The translations under genes and the position numbers were made by a program. A stretch of DNA of 64,000 bases from Ructibacterium sp. Lineage in GTDB: Bacteria; Bacillota; Clostridia; Monoglobales; Monoglobaceae. The stretch is taken from the NCBI GenBank assembly GCA_045587405.1, contig JAZNCG010000029.1:677-64676 (forward strand), in the 5' to 3' direction. The notes under the pieces were generated by a model, which saw nothing but the letters and a program-made list of their open reading frames with translations, searched no databases and was not told where the DNA came from. Each line of letters opens with the position of its first letter. Within the stretch, counting starts at the first letter, position 1. Below, in pieces: positions 7,334-17,700 of the stretch.

Positions 7334-10300
7334 TTATTCATTATTTGATAACACCATGACTGAAACTTCTGGTTTAACTACATTGCCATCTTCCTGAATG
7401 TCTTCTTCGGTAGAACTCTTAACCATTGCGTAAGATGCAGCTGCTGCTGCCTGTTGTGTCGGGCTAATCCAATCCGATGTACTTATAATTTGGAACAAGA
7501 AACCTCCGGCATTCCAAGAATCATCATCTGCAATCACTACATCGAAATAGGTCAAAGTCTTCCCTTGCTCTGTACTATATTCATTACCTTTTCCACAAAG
7601 GCAAGCATATAGATTGTTTGGTGCAGATGTAATAGCTCCACCTGAAACAGTAATGAGCTGAGGAGTAAGCATTACATGAAAATTCGACACATCTGAGAAA
7701 TACATCGGGAGGTAAATCCTATATTTTCCGGTACTATCAAGTATCTTGATAGTCCAATTCTCAGAAAGGCCTGTCGTCATCAGTTCAGCTGACCACAGTT
7801 TTTCAAGATAAGGTGACTGCGGAACAAATATCCCCTGAAACAAAACATTCAATGGCATACCATAATATCCTACGGTCAGCACATTCTGACGATTAAGAAC
7901 AATCCAGCCGTAGAAAACTTTTTCTGTGCCATATCCCAAGAGAACAATGCACTCACGGGAAATCATCAACTGACTATGTTGTCTGCCGTTTTCATAGAAA
8001 TACTTTCCACTTGGGGCTTTCAAGAAAGTTCTACCATAAGCTATCGTGCCTCCCCACTTGTAGTTTGCAAGCCTGATTACACGACCTGAGTTTTCTGGGC
8101 CCCATGAAAAATCATCTGAGCTGATTTCATATCCGTCTTTATTGGATTCCGATGTAGAACTTGAAGCGGTAGTTTTCGGCAGCACTACATTGTCATGTTT
8201 AACAGAATCTGCTTCATTCCCATCGAAAACATTGACAGGCTTGCACTCTAAAGCAACCGCAGATTGTGAGCCTGTAGATGTCTCATACACAGCTTGTCCG
8301 TTAAAAGGTTCTTCAACAGCAGTATAACAGTATGAAACAACTCCCGAATCTGAATAGTTCGCCCACGCATAACGGCCATTCATGTCGCCTGCCGGATAAC
8401 GATGATACACCTTGCCATTACCACTATGTTTAATGTCATAAGAACGCCACAAAACAAACGGAGAGCAGAGTGAGCCTTTGACCTTCACATCATTAAATTC
8501 CCCTTCATTAAAGACACCTTGCTCAGCCTGTATTCTTCCATCTTCAAGAATCTGAGCTTTTCCGTCTTTAGTGAACATCCGTTTAGTAATGAGATTCTCT
8601 GTATCAATCAGGTTTGTTCTTATGTGACCATTCTCAATTATCGTATTCCCATTTTCCTCCGCTTCCTTAACCATTTCGGCATAGTCTGCATATCCGATTT
8701 TACGAGCTATTTCATCAAGGGCCACGACATTGGCATTTTCAGCTTTCTTGGAAGCATAGTATTTCTGCGAGTTGTCAATCAGGATAGTCTGAGCATCATA
8801 GTAGGCAGCAAAGAGCCTTGCGAGCTTTTCACGGTCAAATCCATCCGTTGAACCGACATTATAAAGTTCATTCTCATCAAGGAAGTCACGCAGATTGTAG
8901 TATGCAGCTCTGAAGCTGTCCATACCCCTGTAATTGAAAGTAAGGGATTTGCCATTAAAGGTCAATTTCTTACCGTTGAATGTCAGGGTTACTGCTTCAC
9001 CAACAGTGTAGCCGGATGCTGCGATGATGTCAATAGTGGTCTGGTATGAGCCTGTAGAGCCTATCTTATCGAAGCAAGGATAACCGTTTATCTTCTCCCA
9101 TTCTGTCCTGATGTAAGACTTCTCAGCTTCATCAAGAACATGGTCATTGTTCATTCTCTCGATAGCTTCCCTTGTACTCTGAATCTGCTCTTGCAGGTTG
9201 GTCACAGTCTCCTTGTATGCCCCCTCAAGGAACTCTTCGAGAGCTTTGTCATCGGTGTACTTCACTTTCTTGACCCAATGAGACTTGTTGTAAGAGCCTG
9301 AATCCTTGGTAGAGACCATCAAGTCGCCCACAGAAGCCTCGGACGGCATATCTGAAGAAGATGTATCATTCCCGATTATCCACATGTCATTTTCATGATA
9401 TGAGGTAGGCTTGTTCACGAACAGAGAAGCTTTACCGTCTATCTGGTCAAACAACTCATTCGGGATATTCTTCTGCACCCACTTGTATGTATTATCTACA
9501 AACTGCCACCAAGCTGTTTTCATCGAGGCTATTCCGCTGATGGCCGTGCGGGATGTATTCAGCCACATATCGCCCACATGGGCTTTCTTAACCTCGGTAG
9601 TCAACCACTCGGAAGCTGGGTCTGATGACTGAACGAAAGACATAGCTTTGCCGTCAATCTGACTTCTCAAGGTTTTCACGGTGTCAGCATATTCTCCTGT
9701 GATGAAGGTCTGCAATGCACTATCATCGGTATAGCGGACAAACTTCTTCCAATGAGCTGCGGAATAGGTTTCGCTTGTTGCTGTAGCTATGAGTATGTCG
9801 CCCGGCACGCAATCAGCAGGCACATCACCGGCTGTCAAGCCCTCTTCCATTATCCACATATCCCTTGCCTTGTAGTTCTTAGGCTTGCTCACATAGATAG
9901 AGTTCTTTCCGTCAATCTCATCGAAGATAGCCTTTGGCACAGGGGATTGCTCCCAATAGTATTTTGTACCGTCATACCTGTATATCGCAGTTGCTCCAGC
10001 TTCAACGCCTGAAATATCACTATCTGAAGAGTTCCACCACATGTCGGACACATGCTTTGCCTTGACCTCATCTGTGGTCCAGCTTGCAGCAGGGTCAGTC
10101 TTCTGTACATAAGTCTCCGCCTTTTCATCCAAGGAAGCCTTGAGACCTGCAATTTCTTCAGCATAATCGCCCTGAATGAACTGATTGAGAGTGTCCTTTG
10201 CACTCATGTCGGCATAGTAATACTGAGCATTTTCAAGAAGCTTTTCCTGTGCATCGTAATATGCCGTGAAGAGGGAGGACATCTTCAGACGGTCATATCC

Positions 10301-13300
10301 CTCTGTCATGCTGCTGTCATACAGCCTCATATCTGCAAGGTACTGACGGAGGTTGAGATATGTCACCTTGAAATCCTCAATGCCGAGATGGTTGAACTCC
10401 AGCTTTTTGCCGTTGAATACGAGGGCCTTTCCATTGAAAGTAAGCAACACATCCTGTCCTGATTTATATCCGGCTTTCTCCACCATCTCAAGTGTTGAAA
10501 TATATGAGCCGGTAGAGCCTACAGTCACAAGAGACGGGATGCCGTTGATATTCTCCCACAAAGTTCTGATGTAGGATTTCTCTGTAGAATCCAGCACCTT
10601 GTCATTGTTCATGCCATCAAGGATTTGGCTTGTGTTCTGTGCGTGAGCCTGAAGGTCAGAAATGGCGTTCTCGATGCTATCCATGTCAAGCTCGGAAGCA
10701 TCATTCAGGACAGGCACTCGCTGGCTGTCTATCACGACATCACCCTCCTTGAGCCTGAAATCCACATATTCGGTATTCTTGCCGACAGCAACTGCACCGT
10801 TATAGGCAGTCTCAACACCGTCCGAAAGCTGATATGTCAGGGCCTTTGCAGAAGATTCCACAGCTGGCTCATTACCCACAACCTTGAAAGCCTTACAGGT
10901 TACAGATTCAGGTACCAGACCACCTTTCCAAGTCCTCTTGACAACCGTTACGGATGGCTCTATGAAATATATCACAGCAGCTGCACCGTCCACGCCTTCA
11001 GCTTTCACGCCCGTATCTCTGTCACCTATCCACCAATTACCATTAGCTCCGACTTCAGGAGTGAGACCATCATCTCCATTCTTGCCATCTGTACCTTCAG
11101 CCTTTATTCCTGTATTCTCTCCTGCGATGTACCAATAGCCGTCAGCTTTGATTTCAGGAGTATTGCCGGATGCTCCCGTATCACCCTTGGCACCTGTCTT
11201 TCCGGCTCTGACCTTTGATATGGTCATGGTGATAATAAGTGTAGGGCAATCCGCTTTTGATGCTGTAACCTCTACCGTAGCATTGTCAGCTGTCAGCGAT
11301 GTGAGTGAGACTATTCCGCTATTATAGGAAGCATCACAGCCGACACATTTCAGTGTGACAGTCCAGCCACTCTGCAAAGTCGCACCGTAGAATATCTGCA
11401 CCTGAGTATATGGCAGTGTTCCGACAACATTTCCGTCCACATCGCAAGCCACAGAGCAATTCTGATTTGTCAGCAGAATTGTATATGGAGTGCGATTCTT
11501 AACCTCAGTCTCCAGCTCTTCATATTCTTCAAAATCTTTCAGACCTGTCGAGCCTTTGCCAATAGTCACCTTACCGTTGACTTCCACGCCATTCTTTCCG
11601 AAGCGAATGTACTCTGCCCCGTCAGCTGTTGACATATTGAAATAGCCTGTAACGAGGTCAAAATAATTGATGCCATCCTGAGAAACCACCCTGTCGGTGG
11701 TAACTCTTCCCGGAAGAATCTCGGTATATCCGAACATCTGAGCGAATGACCGGGTATTCTCATATTCGCTGTTGAGAAGTCCAACAAGAAGATGATAATA
11801 TCCTGTCACCTCATCCATTCCGATGGCCGTTTCCGACAGCATGAACGAGCCGGATTCGTTTGTCTTGCTTACCTTGGCATAGACATAGTATTTCTTGCTT
11901 GCATCTGCGAGCTGGCCACTCTTAAACTGCGGTATATCCCAGAACTTATATTCTGAAGCTTTATGTTGAGACGACAGCCCACTGATGCCGATAGTCATGT
12001 GCTGGAGAATGGCTGCACCGCCCGTAAGTCCTCCCGAAATCCTCAGCACTTTTGTTGTACCGTCAAATGAAATGGTGAAGTTACCGTCAGCGACAGGAGC
12101 AGTCTTGTTTGTCACGAAGCGGAACTGAAGACTTTCATCACCAGCGATGAGCTGCATAGTCTCAACAGACACAGGATTTATCGCAGATGAGTAGTTTGTC
12201 AGAGCTGATTCAAGCATCTCAGCTGTCTCTTTCAGGTCACGCCATCTTCTCTTCGAGAACTGCACAGCTTCGGCATGTCTCTTCTCCCTGACGACCTCTT
12301 CAGCTTTGTATTCGTTCAATTCCGTCACGATTGAAGATGAGACCGAGGAATTTGACAGGGTCAGTTCCGGGTAATGAGGCTTGTTCAGGTATGTCTTTAT
12401 GCCGATAATCCTGATTTTCTCAGGTGTGGTAAGAAACTGCGTATCAGAAAAAGAGACCAGACCGCCCAGAATGAGCTTGGGAGAAACGACATTCCACCTC
12501 TCTGCTGCCCACTTGCCGTCAAGCACGCCATCAAAAGTAAATCTCGCATCTTCATTCTCATACATATATCTGACAGCTTCCTTGAACATATCCCATGAAG
12601 CTCCCGTCTTGCTGTCGTTGTCACAGATGTACGCAGGTGGCAGAGTGCATCCGAAGATGATGTACTCATCTCCAGCTTGAGCCTTGAAGGTCTCGTTTGG
12701 CATTATCTGACCGTCAATCTCCTGCGGAACAATCTTGAATGTCCTTGTATCGTGGTCATAGCCGTTCTCATCTATGTCAAATTCCCTTCCGGCAAGCATA
12801 CCCGTCTGAAACTGCACGGTCATCATCTCACCTGTAATCTGACAGTCGTTGTAATTGAGAGCAAGAGGAATAGAAGAATCCCTGAAGTCGTAGAAGTTCT
12901 TATCGGCATCTACAGCGACCCACTCTGACACCTTTCCAACCCTTTTCGGATAGGATTGCGTAGTATCAAAGCTGTCTTCAGGTGCGAGTTCTGACTGCAC
13001 TTTGTCGTTTCTCCTGATGCTTAATCCCTCTGCATCTGTAACATATTGACGGCTGTTCGCTATGCTGAAATTCGCTTCGCCCTCGAAGTGCTGGCCATCA
13101 TAACGGATGGTCTGATTCTTTGGCAGAAGCAGGGTCTTGTTTCCATAGGTCGAATAGTCGATATTCCTTTCACCACCCTGCACAAACAGGATGTCAAAGG
13201 CGAGAGAATTATCATAGTTCGACCTGCCGAGACCGGGAAGAAATCCGTTGCCCTTGCCGTATGACAACTCCAATGGGTCGGTACTGTTGAACTGCACCTT

Positions 13301-13807
13301 TCCGAGGTGTATCTCCTTTCCCCTGATGTACCATTCTGTCTCGAATGTCTCTGCAAGTGTATCAAGGACTTCATCGAGATAATTGTGATTGAAAGAAATC
13401 ATCTTCTCTGAAGCTGTGATGCAGTTGCCCACAGTCCATCCGGCATTTCTCTTGTTGATGTTATCCACAATCATCTTGAGGTACTCTTGAGGCTTTGCCA
13501 TCATATCGAACTTGAGACGGCCATCTACGGTGTTCCTGAACTTGTACAGCCCCAGCCTGCCACCGTCCGATTGCATCGTGATAGTGTAGGCATATTTGCG
13601 AGTTCCGTTCTTGACAAAGTTCTCCGGCTTCAAGAGATAGTATGTAGTACCCTCAAAGGTACAGTAAGCACCTACAGGAATATCAAGGAATCCCGGATAT
13701 TCAAAGGTAAGTTCGAGAGTGTCGATGCTCTTGACCGCCACATTTACATAGGCGTTGTCATCAGGCTGAATCTCTATGGATGTGTCGTTGTAGTAAATCT
13801 TTATCAT
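7334..13807 (-). CDS. Large tail/baseplate-fibre (host specificity) protein
   Basis: 2157 aa after the distal tail gene; collagen-like G-x-x stretch, GNWWIG repeats, internal duplications. Confidence 0.85.
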   Translation of the reverse strand: MIKIYYNDTSIEIQPDDNAYVNVAVKSIDTLELTFEYPGFLDIPVGAYCTFEGTTYYLLKPENFVKNGTRKYAYTITMQSDGGRLGLYKFRNTVDGRLKFDMMAKPQEYLKMIVDNINKRNAGWTVGNCITASEKMISFNHNYLDEVLDTLAETFETEWYIRGKEIHLGKVQFNSTDPLELSYGKGNGFLPGLGRSNYDNSLAFDILFVQGGERNIDYSTYGNKTLLLPKNQTIRYDGQHFEGEANFSIANSRQYVTDAEGLSIRRNDKVQSELAPEDSFDTTQSYPKRVGKVSEWVAVDADKNFYDFRDSSIPLALNYNDCQITGEMMTVQFQTGMLAGREFDIDENGYDHDTRTFKIVPQEIDGQIMPNETFKAQAGDEYIIFGCTLPPAYICDNDSKTGASWDMFKEAVRYMYENEDARFTFDGVLDGKWAAERWNVVSPKLILGGLVSFSDTQFLTTPEKIRIIGIKTYLNKPHYPELTLSNSSVSSSIVTELNEYKAEEVVREKRHAEAVQFSKRRWRDLKETAEMLESALTNYSSAINPVSVETMQLIAGDESLQFRFVTNKTAPVADGNFTISFDGTTKVLRISGGLTGGAAILQHMTIGISGLSSQHKASEYKFWDIPQFKSGQLADASKKYYVYAKVSKTNESGSFMLSETAIGMDEVTGYYHLLVGLLNSEYENTRSFAQMFGYTEILPGRVTTDRVVSQDGINYFDLVTGYFNMSTADGAEYIRFGKNGVEVNGKVTIGKGSTGLKDFEEYEELETEVKNRTPYTILLTNQNCSVACDVDGNVVGTLPYTQVQIFYGATLQSGWTVTLKCVGCDASYNSGIVSLTSLTADNATVEVTASKADCPTLIITMTISKVRAGKTGAKGDTGASGNTPEIKADGYWYIAGENTGIKAEGTDGKNGDDGLTPEVGANGNWWIGDRDTGVKAEGVDGAAAVIYFIEPSVTVVKRTWKGGLVPESVTCKAFKVVGNEPAVESSAKALTYQLSDGVETAYNGAVAVGKNTEYVDFRLKEGDVVIDSQRVPVLNDASELDMDSIENAISDLQAHAQNTSQILDGMNNDKVLDSTEKSYIRTLWENINGIPSLVTVGSTGSYISTLEMVEKAGYKSGQDVLLTFNGKALVFNGKKLEFNHLGIEDFKVTYLNLRQYLADMRLYDSSMTEGYDRLKMSSLFTAYYDAQEKLLENAQYYYADMSAKDTLNQFIQGDYAEEIAGLKASLDEKAETYVQKTDPAASWTTDEVKAKHVSDMWWNSSDSDISGVEAGATAIYRYDGTKYYWEQSPVPKAIFDEIDGKNSIYVSKPKNYKARDMWIMEEGLTAGDVPADCVPGDILIATATSETYSAAHWKKFVRYTDDSALQTFITGEYADTVKTLRSQIDGKAMSFVQSSDPASEWLTTEVKKAHVGDMWLNTSRTAISGIASMKTAWWQFVDNTYKWVQKNIPNELFDQIDGKASLFVNKPTSYHENDMWIIGNDTSSSDMPSEASVGDLMVSTKDSGSYNKSHWVKKVKYTDDKALEEFLEGAYKETVTNLQEQIQSTREAIERMNNDHVLDEAEKSYIRTEWEKINGYPCFDKIGSTGSYQTTIDIIAASGYTVGEAVTLTFNGKKLTFNGKSLTFNYRGMDSFRAAYYNLRDFLDENELYNVGSTDGFDREKLARLFAAYYDAQTILIDNSQKYYASKKAENANVVALDEIARKIGYADYAEMVKEAEENGNTIIENGHIRTNLIDTENLITKRMFTKDGKAQILEDGRIQAEQGVFNEGEFNDVKVKGSLCSPFVLWRSYDIKHSGNGKVYHRYPAGDMNGRYAWANYSDSGVVSYCYTAVEEPFNGQAVYETSTGSQSAVALECKPVNVFDGNEADSVKHDNVVLPKTTASSSTSESNKDGYEISSDDFSWGPENSGRVIRLANYKWGGTIAYGRTFLKAPSGKYFYENGRQHSQLMISRECIVLLGYGTEKVFYGWIVLNRQNVLTVGYYGMPLNVLFQGIFVPQSPYLEKLWSAELMTTGLSENWTIKILDSTGKYRIYLPMYFSDVSNFHVMLTPQLITVSGGAITSAPNNLYACLCGKGNEYSTEQGKTLTYFDVVIADDDSWNAGGFLFQIISTSDWISPTQQAAAAASYAMVKSSTEEDIQEDGNVVKPEVSVMVLSNNE

Positions 13808-13810
13808 GTC

Positions 13811-14740
13811 TTACTCTCCTTCGTATAGGCAGATATTGAGTTTGAATTGGCACCAGATGGAATTGTCGGGTAACTTTGCGAACTCTTCCACATTTTGGCT
13901 CTTGTAGTAGAATTTGTGCTGTTTACCGTTGTAAGTCAGAATCCTGCCTGACGGCTGGACCAGCTTACTCAAGAAGTTCAGGTATTTTTCCCAGAACAAA
14001 GGAGGACAGCTCGCCCTTATCAAGATAGGAATTGAAACATCCTTTTTGTCAAGTTTCACAACACCTGAATCATATTGCTGTCCTTGAACATGAGCTGAAG
14101 AAATCTTCAGATTCTCCTTGATTACAGGCTGGCTCTCAAGAGCGACTTTCGCACCTTCAAGTGGCATCGCTCCATAGAGGGCAATGTCATCTCCGTCAAG
14201 CAACATCCCCAAGCTGCGGACATTTACGACAGAATTAGCACCGAGACCATCGTCAAAGTCTGTGAATATCAACAGGGATTCATTGAAAATAAGCTGTCTG
14301 CCGTTGAATGTCAGATAAACATTTTCACCCTTATAGCTCACGAACTGCGAAAGGAAGTTACCGTCAAATGAGACATTCATCGTCATTGTCGCAAGTGTTC
14401 CGACATATTTCAGATTCGTGATGCTGTTGAACCTGATTATCGCTGTAACACCTATCTCCTTGAAATAGAACTCATGGTAAACTTCTCTATTCAGAAACTC
14501 GCAGAACGCATCAAATCCCACAGGATACCGCTGACAGGAAATAAGGATGCTGAAGTTATCTTTGGCTGCAAGCACCGGATTAAGCAGGTCAGGCTCCACA
14601 CCGTTTTCCTCTGGCCAATCAACACATTTGACCTCTTTCAGTGCCGGGTACTGCACAAGATGTTTATAACCTCCCAAGCCTATTCTGATTCCGTAAGCCT
14701 TGAAGACATCCACGCCATCTATGTAAAGTCTATCTGTCAT
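13811..14740 (-). CDS. Distal tail-like protein
   Basis: Directly after tape measure; DWPEENGVEPDL motif. Confidence 0.65.
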   Translation of the reverse strand: MTDRLYIDGVDVFKAYGIRIGLGGYKHLVQYPALKEVKCVDWPEENGVEPDLLNPVLAAKDNFSILISCQRYPVGFDAFCEFLNREVYHEFYFKEIGVTAIIRFNSITNLKYVGTLATMTMNVSFDGNFLSQFVSYKGENVYLTFNGRQLIFNESLLIFTDFDDGLGANSVVNVRSLGMLLDGDDIALYGAMPLEGAKVALESQPVIKENLKISSAHVQGQQYDSGVVKLDKKDVSIPILIRASCPPLFWEKYLNFLSKLVQPSGRILTYNGKQHKFYYKSQNVEEFAKLPDNSIWCQFKLNICLYEGE

Positions 14741-17700
14741 TATCGTTTGATTGTTACACCGTTCTTGTTGATTGAGCTGAGTTCACTCTTCACAGCGGAC
14801 AAATCCGCTCTCATGGCAGCCGTTTCAGAAGCTATCGAGGTGGTATCTTCATGGATTCCCTGCACTTCTCTGAGGATGCTTGCTGTATTGCTGATGAGTG
14901 CCATGTGCTGGGCTTTCATGGATTTCACGCCCTCATTTATCTCGAATGTATGACCCTGCATGGTGGTCAGTCTTGCGTTCTGATAGTCCACACTATCCTG
15001 ACTTGCGGTGATTCCGGATTTTATCGCTCCCCGTCTATCATCGTCAGGTTCTTCCTCTTCAATGTTTGTTGCCGTGACACCTAAGCTCTGAATAACGCCA
15101 TTTGCAGCATCACCTAACTGCTCCGCCTGTTTTACAAGCTGGTCATAATATGCTGTCGCTCCCTGCACATCACCGGCTTTGAGATATTCAAACATCTGGG
15201 CCTGAGCTTCATCATTGAACACCTGCGTCATCAGCATGTTCTTGAGCATATCTTTGGCAAAGGATTTTGCAAAGTCATTGGAGATTTCAGACAGGTCAGT
15301 GATAGCCGAACCTGTTTCATCGAATGATTCGAGCCACTTATCCGCAATGAGTTCCGCACTATTACCCATCATTCCCTCAAGATAGCCTTGCATCTCTTCA
15401 AGGGTAGCATAATAGGCTTCCCAACTCTCCAGAAGATTATTCACAAGATTATCCTGCTCATCAGACAGACCCTCACCATAAGCTTGATACCATGCTTCGA
15501 GTTTATCTGTATCAAGCATACCTTCTTCATCCATGAAATCCTGAAGAGAAGCGATATTGAGATTGTCGTTGCCTGTTCCCCAGAACTTCTGCCAACCGCT
15601 TCGCATGTCGGACACAAGAGCCATGTCACCCGTGTTGTAGAGTTCCTTGACCTTATCACGGTATTTCTTGGAGAAAGTCGCCCAACCTGAAGACTGCTGG
15701 GTAAAGTCAAATTGGTCTTTGAAATCCCATCCTGTCCCTTTCTCCATTTCCTTTTTAAGGGATGTTATCTGTTCTTCAGCAAGTTTTACATTCTCCTGAA
15801 ATTCACCCCACTTGTCAATATCAAAGATATTGCTGTGACTGTCTCTCCTTTCCTGAGCATTGATTTCCTCCAGAGCAAAAGCATATTCACGGGCAGCCTG
15901 TGCAGCAGCTTCATTTGCAGCCTTATTCTCTTCTATGGCTGATGTAAAGAACTGAACAACCTGAATAGCAGCTGACACGATTGCAAGGATTGCACTTGCT
16001 TTCTCAGCTGCACTTGCAGCTTTCCCGATGGCCGTGATACCATTTGCCACCCCAATAGCTGCTGTTGCTATCGAGCCTATGCCGGACAACATCTGTCCTG
16101 CCATCCCCGGAATAATGTCACCGAGTTCAGAGAACTTATCGGCTGATTCGCTTAGTACACCGTTCAGGTCAGCCCAGCTCACAGTGGATTCCTTGACACC
16201 GTTATCGACTTTCAGAGTCTTGAGCTGCTCTTTGAGTTTTGCGACTTCTGCTCTCGCCCTCGTCAGTTCATCGGATTCAACGCCTGAAAGGTCAAGTTTC
16301 TGCAATTCAGCTTCTGCTTCAGCGAGCATCACCTCCAGCTGTTTTACGGTCTTATCGGCAAGAGACCCAATGAATATCTGAAACTCCGCATCGCTTTCCA
16401 TATATTGAACGGCAAGGGCATCTTTAGCTTCTTCAGCTTTCTTGATGGCTAAATCGACATTCTCCTGAGAGAAATCGCCCTTGAATGAGCCGTCACTATT
16501 CTTCATCAGGGCAAGTTCAGCATTGAGTTCATCGTCAATCTGCTTCTTCGCCTGAGCATAAGTCCTGTATTTATCGAGAAGTTCGGACAAAAGTTCTTCC
16601 TCTGCCTTGACCCTCTCGTTCTGTGCTGCCTTATATTCGCCACTCGTAGCAACATTCAGAAGAATCATCTGAGGGTTGTTCTCTTCATCAAAGACAAATC
16701 CCTCATCGCTTCCATTATGGGTAGCTTTATATTGTTCTCGCTGCTGGTTTTCAATCTCTCTCTTCTGGTCCTCATAGTTGCGTTTGATTTCCTGTTTGCG
16801 TTTCTCATAGTTGGCACGAATCTGAGCCATGCTCTTCTCCATACCCTCATCCATAGCTTCAATCTCGGAATCCGAAATCTCCGCATTGGTATCTTCCATC
16901 AGCCGGGACATCTCACGGGCAAAATCCTGCTGCCACTTGAGATATTTGTCATTGGCAGTCTTGACTTTCTCATCCTTTTTGTCCGTCTTGCCGTATTCTT
17001 TACCGGAAAGATTCTTATATTTCTTCTCAAGTTCATCAAGTTCCTTTCTCTTGCTTTCGAGGTCCTTGATTTCAGTATCTGTCAGACCTGAAGATGCTGC
17101 CTTTGATTCCAAGGCTTTTATCGCAGCTTTCGCTTCAGTAATCTGCTTTGTCACCTCCTGTAAGGTAGTGACCTGCTCTTCCTCAGCCTGTTTTCCAGCA
17201 TCGCTGACTTTCTTCATGGAGCCGGAATACCCAGATGCAAAATCCTCAAAGGCTTTCTCTGCGAACTGCAAATCGCCCTGAGCTTCCTTGAAATCCCAAA
17301 TGTGACTATAGAGCTTGCCCAGCGTGCGAGAGGACATGCTGTCACCGCCATATTTCTTGTAAGTCTCAAGGAACTTATTGTAGATTTCCTGCGGATTCTG
17401 GAATTTGGCGAACTTGCTCATATACCTCTGCATCTCGGAGGTAAAAGCACCTTGCTGCTTCTGTGAAAGACCGCTGTCAGCAAGAATACCTGTCCTGAAG
17501 AATCCCCACAGGTCAGCTTCCTCGTTGTTATAGGCGGTCTGCTTTTCCCCGACCATCTGTTCTTTGAGCTGGGCGAGGTACTTCGCTTCGATGCTGGCCG
17601 TCAGGCTGTCATAAGCAGAAGACAAATCCTTGACAGAAGCTGTCTCGGCAATCATGTTATCAAGATAATCCCCATATCGGGCATTGATAGTCTGAATAGC

